From NCBI GenBank assembly GCA_035526925.1, contig DATLBL010000001.1, positions 11,602-75,601 of the forward strand: a DNA stretch of 64,000 bases, in the 5' to 3' direction. The DNA is from Gemmatimonadales bacterium. GTDB taxonomy: Bacteria; Gemmatimonadota; Gemmatimonadetes; Gemmatimonadales; GWC2-71-9. Positions 52,315 to 63,668 of this stretch are shown piece by piece. The notes below the pieces were generated by a model, which saw only the letters and a program-made list of their open reading frames with translations, searched no databases and had not been told where the DNA came from. Both the position numbers and the translations under genes were made by a program. Positions within the stretch are counted from its first letter, which is position 1. Every line of letters starts with the position of its first letter.

Positions 52315-53442
52315 ATGTTCTATCACTGGCTCGCGCCGCTCGGCAAGACCTACATCATCTTCAATCTCTTCAACTACATCAGCTTTCGAGCGGCAGGCGC
52401 CACGGTGACGGCGCTCCTGCTCGCGTTCGTGGTGGGACCGCCGGTGATCGCCCGCCTGCGTGAGCGAAAGGTGGGGCAGATCATCCGCGCGGAAGGTCCG
52501 GCCAGTCATCAAAGCAAGCGCGGCACGCCGACCATGGGCGGGCTCATCATCATCATGGCGACGGTGATTCCGACCCTCCTGTGGGCGCCACTGACCAATC
52601 GCTTCGTGGTCGTCGCGATGCTCTCGATCCTGTGGATGGGCTGCATCGGCTTCCTGGACGACTACCTCAAGATCGTGCAGGGCAAGTCGCGGGGCCTCGT
52701 GGCCAAATGGAAGCTCGTCGGGCAGGTGAGCTTCGGGCTGCTGCTCGGACTGTTCCTCGTGTACTTCCCCGTCGTCCCGGGCGAGACCATCCCTGCCACG
52801 GCCACCACGCTGCCGTTCTTCAAGTACCTCGCGATCAATTTCGCACCCTGGCTGTACGTGATCTTCGTGACCGTGGTCACGACCGGGAGCAGCAACGCGG
52901 TGAACCTGACCGACGGGCTGGATGGACTGGCGTCGGGGCTCGCGGGCATCGCGGCGGCGGCGTTCGCGACCTTTGCGTACCTCTTCGGGCGTACGGACGT
53001 CACGACGTACCTCAATCTTTTCTACCTCCCCGGGGCAGGCGAGCTGGCGGTGTTCTGCGCGGCACTCATGGGCGCGGCGATCGGCTTCCTCTGGTTCAAC
53101 GCGCACCCCGCGCAGGTATTCATGGGGGACACGGGAAGCCTCGCGATCGGGGGTGCACTGGGCACCGTGGCGATCCTGCTGAAGGCGGAGTTTCTGCTGC
53201 TCCTGATCGGCGGCGTCTTCGCGGCGGAGGCGGTGAGCGTGATCCTGCAGACCAGCGTCTACAAGTGGTTCAAGCGGACTCGGGGCCGGGAATACGCGGA
53301 CAGTCATCGGGTATTTCGCATGGCACCGCTTCACCACCACTTCGAGAAGCTTGGCTGGGCTGAGACGACGATCGTCACACGCTTCTACATTCTCGGACTG
53401 TTCTGCGCGCTGATCGCGCTCTCGACGCTGAAGGTGCGCTGA
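52315..53442 (+). CDS. mraY: Phospho-N-acetylmuramoyl-pentapeptide transferase
   Basis: GTPTMGGL, NAVNLTDGLDGLA, FMGDTGSLAIGG, APLHHHFE. Confidence 0.97.
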   Translation: MFYHWLAPLGKTYIIFNLFNYISFRAAGATVTALLLAFVVGPPVIARLRERKVGQIIRAEGPASHQSKRGTPTMGGLIIIMATVIPTLLWAPLTNRFVVVAMLSILWMGCIGFLDDYLKIVQGKSRGLVAKWKLVGQVSFGLLLGLFLVYFPVVPGETIPATATTLPFFKYLAINFAPWLYVIFVTVVTTGSSNAVNLTDGLDGLASGLAGIAAAAFATFAYLFGRTDVTTYLNLFYLPGAGELAVFCAALMGAAIGFLWFNAHPAQVFMGDTGSLAIGGALGTVAILLKAEFLLLLIGGVFAAEAVSVILQTSVYKWFKRTRGREYADSHRVFRMAPLHHHFEKLGWAETTIVTRFYILGLFCALIALSTLKVR

Positions 53443-53444
53443 GC

Positions 53445-54806
53445 ATGGCGATCGAGCTGCTCGAGGGCTGGCGGCGAACGGGGCACGAGGTTGCGGTGGT
53501 AGGGCTGGGCAAGAGCGGCACCGCCGCCACGCGTCTGCTGCGTCACGCAGGCGTTCCGGTGTACGCCTCGGACTCTGCCAGCGGGCCCACCTTCGACGCA
53601 TGGGCGGCGGAGCTTCGTGCGCTGGGCGCGGCGGTGCAACTGGGCGGCCATGATCTGGAACGGATCGCGAAAGCGGCGGCGGTGGTGGTGGCGCCGGGGG
53701 TGCCACCGGACGTGCCCCCGCTTCGGGCCGCCCGCGACGCCGGGCTCTCCATCTACGCCGAGACGGATATCGGATTTCTGGCGCTCCAGGGCACGCGTTG
53801 CATCGGCATCACGGGGACGAACGGCAAGACGACGACGACCTCGCTCGTGGCTCACGCGCTCGCCGCCGCGGGCGTGCGGGCCGAGACCGCGGGCAACATC
53901 GGCCGGCCACTGTCCGACGTCGCGCTCGCGGCCGATCCGCCGGCGTGGCTCGCCCTCGAGCTCAGCTCGTTTCAACTGCACGACGCCCCGCATCTGCGCC
54001 CTGCCATCGGAATTCTGACCAACCTGGCCCCCAATCACCTGGACCGCTATCGGTCACTGGATGAATACTACGGCGACAAGGCGCTGCTGTTCCGGAACGC
54101 CGATCCAGAGTCGATCTGGATCAGCAACGCCGACGATCGAGCGGTGCAGGAGATGGTGGCACCGGTCCCGGGCAGGCACCTCCGGTTCTCGATCGAGCGC
54201 CAAGCGGATGGCTGGTACGATCGCGCGGGCGGGCGACTGATGCTGCATGACCGTCCGCTCATGCCACGTGGCGAGCTGCCGCTCCTCGGCGACCACAATG
54301 TCGCGAACGCCCTGGCCGCGGCGCTCGCGGCCGTCACCATCGGGGCGGATGCGGGACGCGTGGCCGCCGGGCTTCGCACGTTCCGGGCGATCCCGCATCG
54401 GGTCGAGCCGGTGCGTGAGGTGGAGGGGGTGCTCTGGATCAACGATTCCAAGTCGACCAACATCACTTCGACCGAAGTGGCCATCGCAGCGCTCGATCGG
54501 CCGTTCGTCCTGCTGCTCGGCGGGCGCCACAAGGGCGAGCCGTACACCCGGCTCGCGGAGCCGCTCCGTGGTCGCTGCCGAGCCGTCGTGGCGTATGGCG
54601 AAGCCGGCCCGCAGATCGTGCGCGATCTGGGAGACCGCCTGTCCGTCGTGGCCGCCGGCGATTTCGCCGACGTGCTCGCCACCGCGCGCGGGCTCGCCCG
54701 CGCCGGGGACGCGGTGCTGCTGTCGCCCGCGTGCTCCAGCTACGACATGTTCAAGAACTACGAGGAGCGCGGCGACCGCTTCCGGGCCGCCGTCGAGGCG
54801 ATGTGA
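53445..54806 (+). CDS. murD: UDP-N-acetylmuramoylalanine--D-glutamate ligase
   Basis: VVGLGKSGTA, GITGTNGKTTTT, LSPACSSYDMFKNYEERG. Confidence 0.95.
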   Translation: MAIELLEGWRRTGHEVAVVGLGKSGTAATRLLRHAGVPVYASDSASGPTFDAWAAELRALGAAVQLGGHDLERIAKAAAVVVAPGVPPDVPPLRAARDAGLSIYAETDIGFLALQGTRCIGITGTNGKTTTTSLVAHALAAAGVRAETAGNIGRPLSDVALAADPPAWLALELSSFQLHDAPHLRPAIGILTNLAPNHLDRYRSLDEYYGDKALLFRNADPESIWISNADDRAVQEMVAPVPGRHLRFSIERQADGWYDRAGGRLMLHDRPLMPRGELPLLGDHNVANALAAALAAVTIGADAGRVAAGLRTFRAIPHRVEPVREVEGVLWINDSKSTNITSTEVAIAALDRPFVLLLGGRHKGEPYTRLAEPLRGRCRAVVAYGEAGPQIVRDLGDRLSVVAAGDFADVLATARGLARAGDAVLLSPACSSYDMFKNYEERGDRFRAAVEAM

Positions 54807-55990
54807 CCGGCCCACGACCGGTCCGCCACCCTGGCGAGCTACGTTGGGAGACCCGTCTCCTCGGCGTGGTCACGCTCGTACTGCTCGCCTTCGGCGTCGC
54901 GGCCACGTACGGCGCGGCGAGCCTCGTCACGGTGAAGGGTCAGAACGTCGGCATCGGGTTCGCGGCGCGGCAGATCATCGGCGCGATGCTCGGCGGCGTG
55001 CTGCTGCTCTGGGCCTCCCGGCAGGATTATTACCGCTGGCGGCGCTGGGCCTGGCCGCTCCTGCTCCTCACGATCGTTTTCCTGATGATTCCCCTGCTGC
55101 CGTTTACCCGGGCCATCAGCCCGTCGTTGAACGGCGCGCGCCGCTGGGTGGACATCGGACCGCTCAATTTTCAGCCGTCGGAGCTCGCCCGCCTGGCCAT
55201 CGTCATCTGGTGCGCCATGCTCGCTTCGAAGAAGGGCGCGCAGGTTCGCGAGTTCAAGAAAGGCGTGGTGCCTTTCATCCTGGTGTTGGGGGTGGTCTCG
55301 CTGCTGATCCTGCTCGAGCCCAACCTGTCGATGGCGACGCTGGTGGCGCTGCTCGGCGGACTCGTGCTTTTCACCTCGGGTGCCAGGATCGGTCACTTCA
55401 TCCTCCTGGGCGGCGTGTCCGTGCTGCTCGTGTTCCACCAGATCCGAGACGCGCAATACCGGCTGGCCCGAGTGCTCACATTTCTGAACCCCGGGGACGC
55501 GACAACGGAGGGAAGTTTCCAGCTCACCCAGTCCCTCATCGGCATCGGATCGGGGGGGCTCTTCGGCACCGGGTTCGGCCAGGGTCAACAGAAGCTGGGG
55601 TATCTGCCGTACGCCTACTCCGATTTTCTGTTCAGCACGATCGGGGAGGAGTGGGGCTTTGCCGGCGTGCTCGTGGTCGTGCTGCTGTTCACACTCTTCT
55701 GCTGGCTGGGCTTCCGGATTGCGCGCACGGCGTCGGACCCGTTCGGTCAGTACCTGGCGGTCGGCCTGACCGCCGCGATCGGCATGACCGCGTTCATGCA
55801 CATGGCGGTCTCGCTCGGCCTCATGCCCACCACCGGTCTGACGCTGCCGTTCATGTCGTATGGACGCTCGAGCCAGGTCATCTCGCTGTTGGGCACGGGG
55901 ATCCTGATCAACATCGGCCGCCTGCGAGGAAAGCCGCGCGCCGTCGTCCCCAAGCGGCGGGATTCGGGCCCACCCAAGCCGGCCCGATGA
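54803..55990 (+). CDS. ftsW: SEDS-family peptidoglycan glycosyltransferase FtsW
   Basis: RWVDIGPLNFQPSELARL, SDFLFSTIGEEWGF, TGLTLPFMSYGRSS. GTG 54803 overlaps the murD stop. Confidence 0.93.
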   Translation: MTGPRPVRHPGELRWETRLLGVVTLVLLAFGVAATYGAASLVTVKGQNVGIGFAARQIIGAMLGGVLLLWASRQDYYRWRRWAWPLLLLTIVFLMIPLLPFTRAISPSLNGARRWVDIGPLNFQPSELARLAIVIWCAMLASKKGAQVREFKKGVVPFILVLGVVSLLILLEPNLSMATLVALLGGLVLFTSGARIGHFILLGGVSVLLVFHQIRDAQYRLARVLTFLNPGDATTEGSFQLTQSLIGIGSGGLFGTGFGQGQQKLGYLPYAYSDFLFSTIGEEWGFAGVLVVVLLFTLFCWLGFRIARTASDPFGQYLAVGLTAAIGMTAFMHMAVSLGLMPTTGLTLPFMSYGRSSQVISLLGTGILINIGRLRGKPRAVVPKRRDSGPPKPAR

Positions 55991-57078
55991 GCCGAATCCT
56001 CATCGCGGGCGGAGGCACGGGCGGGCACCTCATGCCCGCGCTGGCGATTGCCGAATCGTTGCGCCAGATCGCTCCGGACGTCGAGCCCGTCCTCATCGGC
56101 GCCACGCGCGGCGTCGAAGCGCGTCTACTGCCCACCCGCGACTTCCGCTACCATCTGCTGCCTTCCGAGCCGATCTACCGCCGAACCTGGTGGAAGAACG
56201 CGCGCTGGCCGCTCATCATGGGCCATCTGCTCCGCGAAGTGTCCCGGGTGTTCCGGGAGGAGCAGCCCGTCGCGGTGCTCGGCACCGGGGGCTATGCCTC
56301 GGGGCCCGTCGTGTGGTCGGCCACGCGCCAGGGCATTCCTACCGCGATCCAGGAGCAGAACGCCTACCCGGGCCTTGCCACCCGACTGTTGAGCCGGCGC
56401 GTCCGGCACGTCTACCTGGGTCTGCCCGAGGCGAGATCGCTGCTCAGGTTCGGCGCCGACACGGTGGTGTTCGATACGGGCAATCCTATCGCCCCGCCCG
56501 CGCCGGCGCGTCGGGCCGCCGCGCTCGCGCGGTTCGGACTCGAGGGGTCGCGGCCCGTCGTGCTGGTGACCGGCGGAAGCCAGGGCGCGCTGGCGATCAA
56601 CCGCGCGGTCTCCGGATGGCTGGACGCGGGCGGTCCACGAGACGCCGATCTTCTCTGGGCCACCGGGCGGGGCACCTATGCGGAGTTTACACGCCATCAC
56701 CGACCACCGACCGTGCAGGTCATCGATTTCCTGGATCCCATGGCGGATGGGTACGCGGTCGCGGATCTCGTCGTCTCCCGCGCCGGCATGATCACCGTGG
56801 CGGAGCTGTGCGCCTGGGGGCTGCCGAGCGTGATCGTGCCGCTCCCGACCGCCGCGGCGGATCACCAGACCCACAACGGGCGCGTGCTTGCTGATGACGG
56901 GGCGGCGGCGCTGCTGCGGCAATCGGAGTTGACTTCAGCACGGCTCGGCGAGACCGTGGAAGCGCTGCTGCATGACCATGCCAGACGAGCCGCGATGGCG
57001 GCGCGCGCACGTGCGCGGGGGCGGCCGCACGCCGCCGAGGACATAGTGTCAAAATTGTTGACGCTAGCGCGGCGATAG
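55987..57078 (+). CDS. murG: UDP-N-acetylglucosamine--N-acetylmuramyl-(pentapeptide) pyrophosphoryl-undecaprenol GlcNAc transferase
   Basis: ILIAGGGTGGHLMPALA, VTGGSQGA, QTHNG. ATGA overlap with ftsW. The 943-aa track ORF (54247..) is real only from 55987. Confidence 0.95.
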   Translation: MSRILIAGGGTGGHLMPALAIAESLRQIAPDVEPVLIGATRGVEARLLPTRDFRYHLLPSEPIYRRTWWKNARWPLIMGHLLREVSRVFREEQPVAVLGTGGYASGPVVWSATRQGIPTAIQEQNAYPGLATRLLSRRVRHVYLGLPEARSLLRFGADTVVFDTGNPIAPPAPARRAAALARFGLEGSRPVVLVTGGSQGALAINRAVSGWLDAGGPRDADLLWATGRGTYAEFTRHHRPPTVQVIDFLDPMADGYAVADLVVSRAGMITVAELCAWGLPSVIVPLPTAAADHQTHNGRVLADDGAAALLRQSELTSARLGETVEALLHDHARRAAMAARARARGRPHAAEDIVSKLLTLARR

Positions 57079-57121
57079 GGCTTTGAGAACTCGCAGTAAC
57101 TACTTACATTAGCGCACCCAC

Positions 57122-58495
57122 ATGAACCTGTTTACACCCACCGATACGCGCCCGGTTCACTTTGTAGGAATCGGCGGGGCCGGCATGAGCGCGCTCGCGC
57201 TGATCGCCTGCCGTCGAGGGGTCGTCGTCAGCGGGTGCGACACAGATCCGAGCGGCGCCGCCGATCTGGCCGCCATGGGCGCGCGCATCTGGCAGGGGCA
57301 CGATCCCGCCCACCTCGACGGTGCGCGCGCCGTGGTGGTCACGGCCGCGGTGGCGAGCGGAAACGCCGAGCTCGATCGGGCGCGAGCGCTGGGTGTGCCC
57401 GTCGTACCGCGCAAGGAAGCCCTGGCGGCGCTCATCGGCGCGGCGCGATCGGTGGCGGTCTCCGGCACTCACGGGAAGACCACCACCACCGTCATGACTA
57501 CCGAGGCGCTGGCGGCCGCGGGGCTGGCGCCCACCGGGATCGCGGGAGGCCGGGTGAGCGGCTGGGGCGGCAACGCCCGGCTGGCCGGTGACGACCTGTT
57601 CGTGGTCGAAGCCGACGAGTACGACAAGGCGTTTCTGACGCTGCATCCGACTGTCGCGATCGTGAACAACGTCGAGCCCGACCACCTCGAGTGCTACGGG
57701 TCGATGGCTGCGCTCGAATCGGCGTTCGTCGAGTTCGCCGGACGCGCCGAAACGGCGGTGGTGAGCGCGGACGATCCGGGAGCCCGGCTGATAGCCACTC
57801 GGCTGCCCCGGGCTCCGCGGCTCTTCGGCTTCGCGGACGATGCCGACGTGCGGATCACCGAGGTCGTACAGCGAGCCGATCGGACCGAGGCCACGATCGT
57901 CTGGCGTGGCGGGCGCGCGCTCCCCGTGCGGCTTCGGGTTCCTGGAGTGCACAATCTTCGCAACGCCGTCGCGGCACTCGCGGCCACGGACGCCATCGGC
58001 GGGGACGTGACGAGAGCCGCCGCCGCGCTCGCGGAGTTCGGCGGCGTCGGTCGCCGGTTCGAGCGGCTGGGCGAGCACGGCGGCATCGCAGTGGTCGACG
58101 ACTACGCGCATCACCCCTCCGAGCTCGTGGCCACGCTGGCCGCGGCGCGGCAGGCGTATCCGGGTCGGCGGCTCGTGGCAGTCTTCCAGCCGCATCTCTA
58201 CTCACGGACCGCGGCCCACGGCCAAGCCATGGGCGAGGCGCTGGCCGCGGCAGATCTGGTGGTGGTCACCGAGGTGTATGCCGCGCGCGAGCAGCCGTTG
58301 GAAGGCGTCAGCGGACGGCAGGTGGTGGACGCCGCGCGCCGCGCCGGCGCCGATGCTCGATTCGAGCCGTCGCGCGCGGATGTCGGGCGCCGCGTCTACG
58401 AAGTGCTCGCTCCCGGCGACGTGGTCCTGACGCTCGGCGCAGGTGACATCACGCGCGTCGGTCCCGAGCTCGTGCGGTGGCTGGACGCGGCCTGA
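57122..58495 (+). CDS. murC: UDP-N-acetylmuramate--L-alanine ligase
   Basis: VHFVGIGGAGMSALA, VSGTHGKTTTT, DDYAHHPSE. Confidence 0.95.
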   Translation: MNLFTPTDTRPVHFVGIGGAGMSALALIACRRGVVVSGCDTDPSGAADLAAMGARIWQGHDPAHLDGARAVVVTAAVASGNAELDRARALGVPVVPRKEALAALIGAARSVAVSGTHGKTTTTVMTTEALAAAGLAPTGIAGGRVSGWGGNARLAGDDLFVVEADEYDKAFLTLHPTVAIVNNVEPDHLECYGSMAALESAFVEFAGRAETAVVSADDPGARLIATRLPRAPRLFGFADDADVRITEVVQRADRTEATIVWRGGRALPVRLRVPGVHNLRNAVAALAATDAIGGDVTRAAAALAEFGGVGRRFERLGEHGGIAVVDDYAHHPSELVATLAAARQAYPGRRLVAVFQPHLYSRTAAHGQAMGEALAAADLVVVTEVYAAREQPLEGVSGRQVVDAARRAGADARFEPSRADVGRRVYEVLAPGDVVLTLGAGDITRVGPELVRWLDAA

Positions 58496-59166
58496 AGCCG
58501 GGGTGGAAGCTGCTCGGCGTCCTCGCGATCGGGCTGGGATTGTGGCTCGGACTGCCGCGAGTGCTCAGCGGGCTCACATTCTTCAAAGTCAGGCGGGTGG
58601 AGATTGCCGGATTGCAGTATCTTGATCCGGCGAAGGTGATCGCTGCACTGAAGCTCGGTCCCAAGGCCAGCGTATTCGACGATCCCGTGCCGCTCGAGCG
58701 GCGCGTGTACGCCATGCCGGGCGTGGCCGCCGTGGAAATCGGCCGGCGCCTCCCGGGCACATTGGAGATCGCACTCGTCGAGACGGCCCCCGTCGCGCTA
58801 GCCACCCGGGGTGAGGGTCTCGCGCTGCTGGATGCTCGGGGCCGGGTGCTCCCCTACGACCCGCTGCGCTCCGCGCCGGACCTGCCGCTCGCCGCCAACG
58901 GCGATGCGCTGGTGACCCGGGTGCTGGGACGAATTCAGGAGTCGGATCCCGAGCTGTTTGCGCGGATCGGGTCGGCATGGCGGGTGGGACCGGACGTGGT
59001 ACTCGATGTAGAGGGGCGGCGCCTCTGGTTCGGCGCGCAGGTTTCCGCGGAGGACATTCGAGCGGTGATGGCGGTAGAGCAGGCGCTCGCCCGGACCGGG
59101 CGGCCTTTTCAGGAGCTCGACGGGCGCTTCGCCGGCCAGGTGATCGTCCGCCGGACGCGCGCATGA
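58477..59166 (+). CDS. ftsQ: Cell division protein FtsQ (TM + POTRA)
   Basis: TM LLGVLAIGLGLWLGL. POTRA-like FKVRRVEIAGLQYLDPAKV. Position between murC and ftsA. GTG start. Confidence 0.8.
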   Translation: MAGRGLKPGWKLLGVLAIGLGLWLGLPRVLSGLTFFKVRRVEIAGLQYLDPAKVIAALKLGPKASVFDDPVPLERRVYAMPGVAAVEIGRRLPGTLEIALVETAPVALATRGEGLALLDARGRVLPYDPLRSAPDLPLAANGDALVTRVLGRIQESDPELFARIGSAWRVGPDVVLDVEGRRLWFGAQVSAEDIRAVMAVEQALARTGRPFQELDGRFAGQVIVRRTRA

Positions 59167-60416
59167 GCGCGCAACCGCAACGGCTGGTCGCCGCGCTGGA
59201 CCTCGGCTCGACCAAGGTGGTAGCGCTGATTGCGGAGGTGACGGGCGACGCGCGTGACGCGGGCGCGCGGATCCTCGGGGTCGGCGTGGAGCGCAGCGGG
59301 GGCATTCGCCGCGGCGTGGTCCGGGACATCGAGGAAACCACTCGGGCCATCGACAAGGCGATGAAGAGCGCCCAACGTATGGCCGGCGTCGAGGTGGGCT
59401 CCACGTACTGCGGCATCGCGGGCGAGCACGTGGCGGGTCGCAGCTCGCACGGCATGGTGAGCGTCACGGGCGACGAGATCCGCACCAGCGACGTCGCCCG
59501 CGTCAACGACATGGCGAGCAACATCAGCTTCGGCCGGGATCACGAGCTGCTGCACGCCATACCACAGGATTACCTGATCGACCAGCAGGGCGGCGTCAAC
59601 GAGCCGATCGGCATGACCGGCTCGCGGCTCGAGGCCGAGGTCTACCTGGTCACGGTGCTCTCGAGCGTCCTGCAGAATCTGAAGAAGTGCGTCGAACGGG
59701 CCGGGTATCACGTGCACGAATTCGTGCTCGAGCCGCTGGCCGGGTCGCTGGCGGTGCTGACGCCCGACGAGATCGAGCTGGGGTGCGCCATCGTCGAGCT
59801 GGGCGGCGGATCGACCAACGTCTCGATCTTCCATAACGGGAAGATCCGGCACACCGGGTCGCTGCTCTGCGCGGGTGGGCACGTCACCGCGGACATCGTG
59901 CACGGATTGCAGGTCACGCAGCTGGACGCCGAGCGTCTCAAGGAGCGCTATGGGGCTGGGTTCGAGCCGCTGGTGCCCGAGAGCGACGTCTTCGAGCTGC
60001 CGAGCACGCCTGGGCAGGGCGCGCGGAACGCCCAGCGACGCGTACTGGCGCACATCATGCACATGCGGCTCCAGGAAGTCCTGGAGTACGCGCTCGACGA
60101 GATCACCCGCGCGGGCTATCATCAGCGCCTTCCCGCGGGCGTCATCCTCACGGGTGGCGGGGCACTGACCCCCGGCATCGTCGAGCTTGCCCGCGAAGTG
60201 TTTGCCATGCCGGCCCGGTGCGGCGTCCCGGGCCAGCGCCTCCGTGGCCTGGCGGACAGCGTCGAATCACCGCGAATGGCAGTACCGGCCGGCCTGGTGC
60301 TCTACGGGGCCCGGCAGGTGGCAACGAGCGGCGGCTTTGGAACAGGTGGACGGAAGTCGCCGGCGGTCGAGAAGGTGCTCGCTCCAGTCAAACGGTGGCT
60401 CCAGGACTTCTTTTGA
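59163..60416 (+). CDS. ftsA: Cell division protein FtsA
   Basis: Actin-fold LVAALDLGSTKVVALIAEV, VELGGGSTNVSIF, ILTGGGALTPG. ATGA overlap with ftsQ. Confidence 0.95.
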   Translation: MSAQPQRLVAALDLGSTKVVALIAEVTGDARDAGARILGVGVERSGGIRRGVVRDIEETTRAIDKAMKSAQRMAGVEVGSTYCGIAGEHVAGRSSHGMVSVTGDEIRTSDVARVNDMASNISFGRDHELLHAIPQDYLIDQQGGVNEPIGMTGSRLEAEVYLVTVLSSVLQNLKKCVERAGYHVHEFVLEPLAGSLAVLTPDEIELGCAIVELGGGSTNVSIFHNGKIRHTGSLLCAGGHVTADIVHGLQVTQLDAERLKERYGAGFEPLVPESDVFELPSTPGQGARNAQRRVLAHIMHMRLQEVLEYALDEITRAGYHQRLPAGVILTGGGALTPGIVELAREVFAMPARCGVPGQRLRGLADSVESPRMAVPAGLVLYGARQVATSGGFGTGGRKSPAVEKVLAPVKRWLQDFF

Positions 60417-60437
60417 TGCAGGCCGAGGGAACCAACC

Positions 60438-61633
<1,196 letters not shown>

Positions 61634-61634
<1 letters not shown>

Positions 61635-62923
61635 TGCGCGGAGTTCGGCTCGGGCTCGCCGTCGCGGTGTTCGCCGCCGCCGCCGTGTTCGCGACGACCG
61701 GATACTGGCCGTGGCGGCGGCTGCCCGAAGCGCCACCGACCGTGGTGGCCCGGCCCGCGGCCATCGAGCCGGTCGAGGAGATTCTGGACACCCTGCGACG
61801 GGGCGAGACCGTCTCGCACCTGTTCGCTCGACACGGCGTGACGGATCTGGACCTGGCGGGCCTCGACCCGTCGCTCCAGCTCGATCCGCGGCGCCTCCGC
61901 TCCGGCCTGGTGTTCAGCTTTCGCGACGCCGATTCGACCGCCGTTCCGACGCGCATCAGCGTGCGCACCGGCCCCGAGCGGCGGATCGTCTTCCAGCGGC
62001 GCGTCGGCGGCTGGGACGTGATCGTCGAGCCCATCGCGTGGACCACCGAAGCGGTGCGCATCGAAGGCGCGATCGACAACTCGCTGTACGAGGCGCTCGA
62101 CGCCCAGGTGGGCGACGATGAGCTCGACGGCGCCGACCGGCAGCGGCTGGCATGGGACCTGGCCGACGTCTACGCCTGGCAGCTCGACTTCACCCGCGAC
62201 ATCCAGCCCGGCGATCGCTTCAACGTCGTATTCGAGCGCCTGGTCTCGGAGAACGGCGAGATGCGGTTCGGCCGAGTGCTGGCGAGCGATCTCACGATGA
62301 GCGGCAAGAGCCTGACCGCGTTCCGCTTCGAGGCTGAGGGACGGCCCGCCTTCTACGACGCCGAAGGCAGCTCCCTGCGCCGAGCGTTCCTGCGCGCGCC
62401 CGTGCAGTTCCGCCGCATCTCCTCCACCTTCGCCCGGTCTCGGCACCATCCGGTGCTCGGCATCACGCGGCGTCATGAAGGCACCGACTACGCCGCCTCT
62501 CCGGGCACGCCAGTCATGGCGGCCGGCGATGGCGTGGTTCTGCGAGCCGGACGAGCCGGCGGATACGGGAATCTCGTCGAGATTCGGCACCGCAACGGCA
62601 TCACCACCCGGTACGGGCACCTGCGAGGGTTCGCTCGCGGCGTGCGTGCCGGTGCTCGCGTCGAGCAGGGTGAGACCATCGGCTACGTGGGTTCCACCGG
62701 TCTCGCCAGCGGGCCGCACCTGCACTATGAGTTCCGCGTGAACGGCGTCGCGAAGGATTCGCGACGGGTTGAACTTGGGAACGGCGCTCCCATCAGCGCG
62801 GCGCTGAGGAGCGCGTTCGAGCAGGAGCGCGACCGCCTCCGGGTGTTGCTACAGACCGAGTCGGCCCCTCGCACCATCGCCCAGCGCGCGACCATCGAAA
62901 CCCCCGCCCGGTGGCTCCCGTAG
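61634..62923 (+). CDS. M23-family metallopeptidase with an N-terminal anchor
   Basis: HEGTDYAASPGTPV, GYGNLVEIRH, GSTGLASGPHLHYE (HxxxD and HxH intact). Start overlaps the ftsZ stop by 1 nt. Confidence 0.9.
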
Positions 62924-62933
62924 CGCATCCGTA

Positions 62934-63668
62934 GTGGACCTCTTTCCCGCCATCGACATCCGACATGGCCGCGTCGTTCGCCTCAGTCAGGGCGAGGCGA
63001 CGCGGCAAACCGTTTATGGCGACGATCCGGTCGCCGTCGCCGAACGATTCGTCGACGCCGGCGCGAGCTGGGTCCATGTCGTGGATCTGGACCGGGCATT
63101 CGGCGATGGGGAGAACATGTCGCTGGTGCATCGACTCGTGACCAGGCTGGGCGGGCGAGCCCGCGTGCAGCTGGGCGGTGGGATGCGTACGCTCGCCGGC
63201 GTGCTCGAGGGGCTCGAGCAGGGGGTAAGCCGCGTGGTGATCGGCACGGCCGCCGCCGTGGATCCTGCGATCGTTCCGGCCGCCCTCGCTGCCGCGACTC
63301 CCGAGCAGATCGCCGTCGGGATCGATGCGCGGGACGGACGCGTGACGATTCGGGGCTGGACCCAGACCTCCGCGCTCAGTTTCGATATCCTTGCCGAGCG
63401 CGTCGTGCAGGACGGGGTGCGCACGATCATCTACACCGACGTGGCGCGCGACGGCATGCTGACAGGCCCCGACATCGAAGGCGCATGCCGGCTCCAGGCG
63501 ATTGGCGCGGCGGTGATCGCGAGCGGAGGGGTGGCCAGCGTGGCGGACATCCGCGCCGCCCGGCAGGCTGGCCTGGACGGCACGATCGTCGGCCGGGCGT
63601 TGTACGAGGGACGAGTGACACTGGCTGACGCGTTGGCGGCGGCGGCTGGTGACGCGCCGAGCCGATGA
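62934..63668 (+). CDS. hisA: ProFAR isomerase (HisA/PriA family)
   Basis: DLFPAIDIRHGRVVRL, GGGMR, YTDVARDGMLTGPD, ASGGV, GRALYEG. GTG start. Confidence 0.9.
   Translation: MDLFPAIDIRHGRVVRLSQGEATRQTVYGDDPVAVAERFVDAGASWVHVVDLDRAFGDGENMSLVHRLVTRLGGRARVQLGGGMRTLAGVLEGLEQGVSRVVIGTAAAVDPAIVPAALAAATPEQIAVGIDARDGRVTIRGWTQTSALSFDILAERVVQDGVRTIIYTDVARDGMLTGPDIEGACRLQAIGAAVIASGGVASVADIRAARQAGLDGTIVGRALYEGRVTLADALAAAAGDAPSR

Noticed and set aside
51424-53706. 760-aa minus-strand ORF antisense to murF, mraY and murD
   Set aside because: It overlaps three highly conserved + strand genes and has no features of its own.
54247-55986. Upstream 580 codons of the 943-aa + ORF that ends as murG
   Set aside because: This part overlaps murD and ftsW out of frame and is Arg/Pro-rich. 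The MurG homology (ILIAGGGTGGH...) begins only at ATG 55987, which overlaps the ftsW stop.
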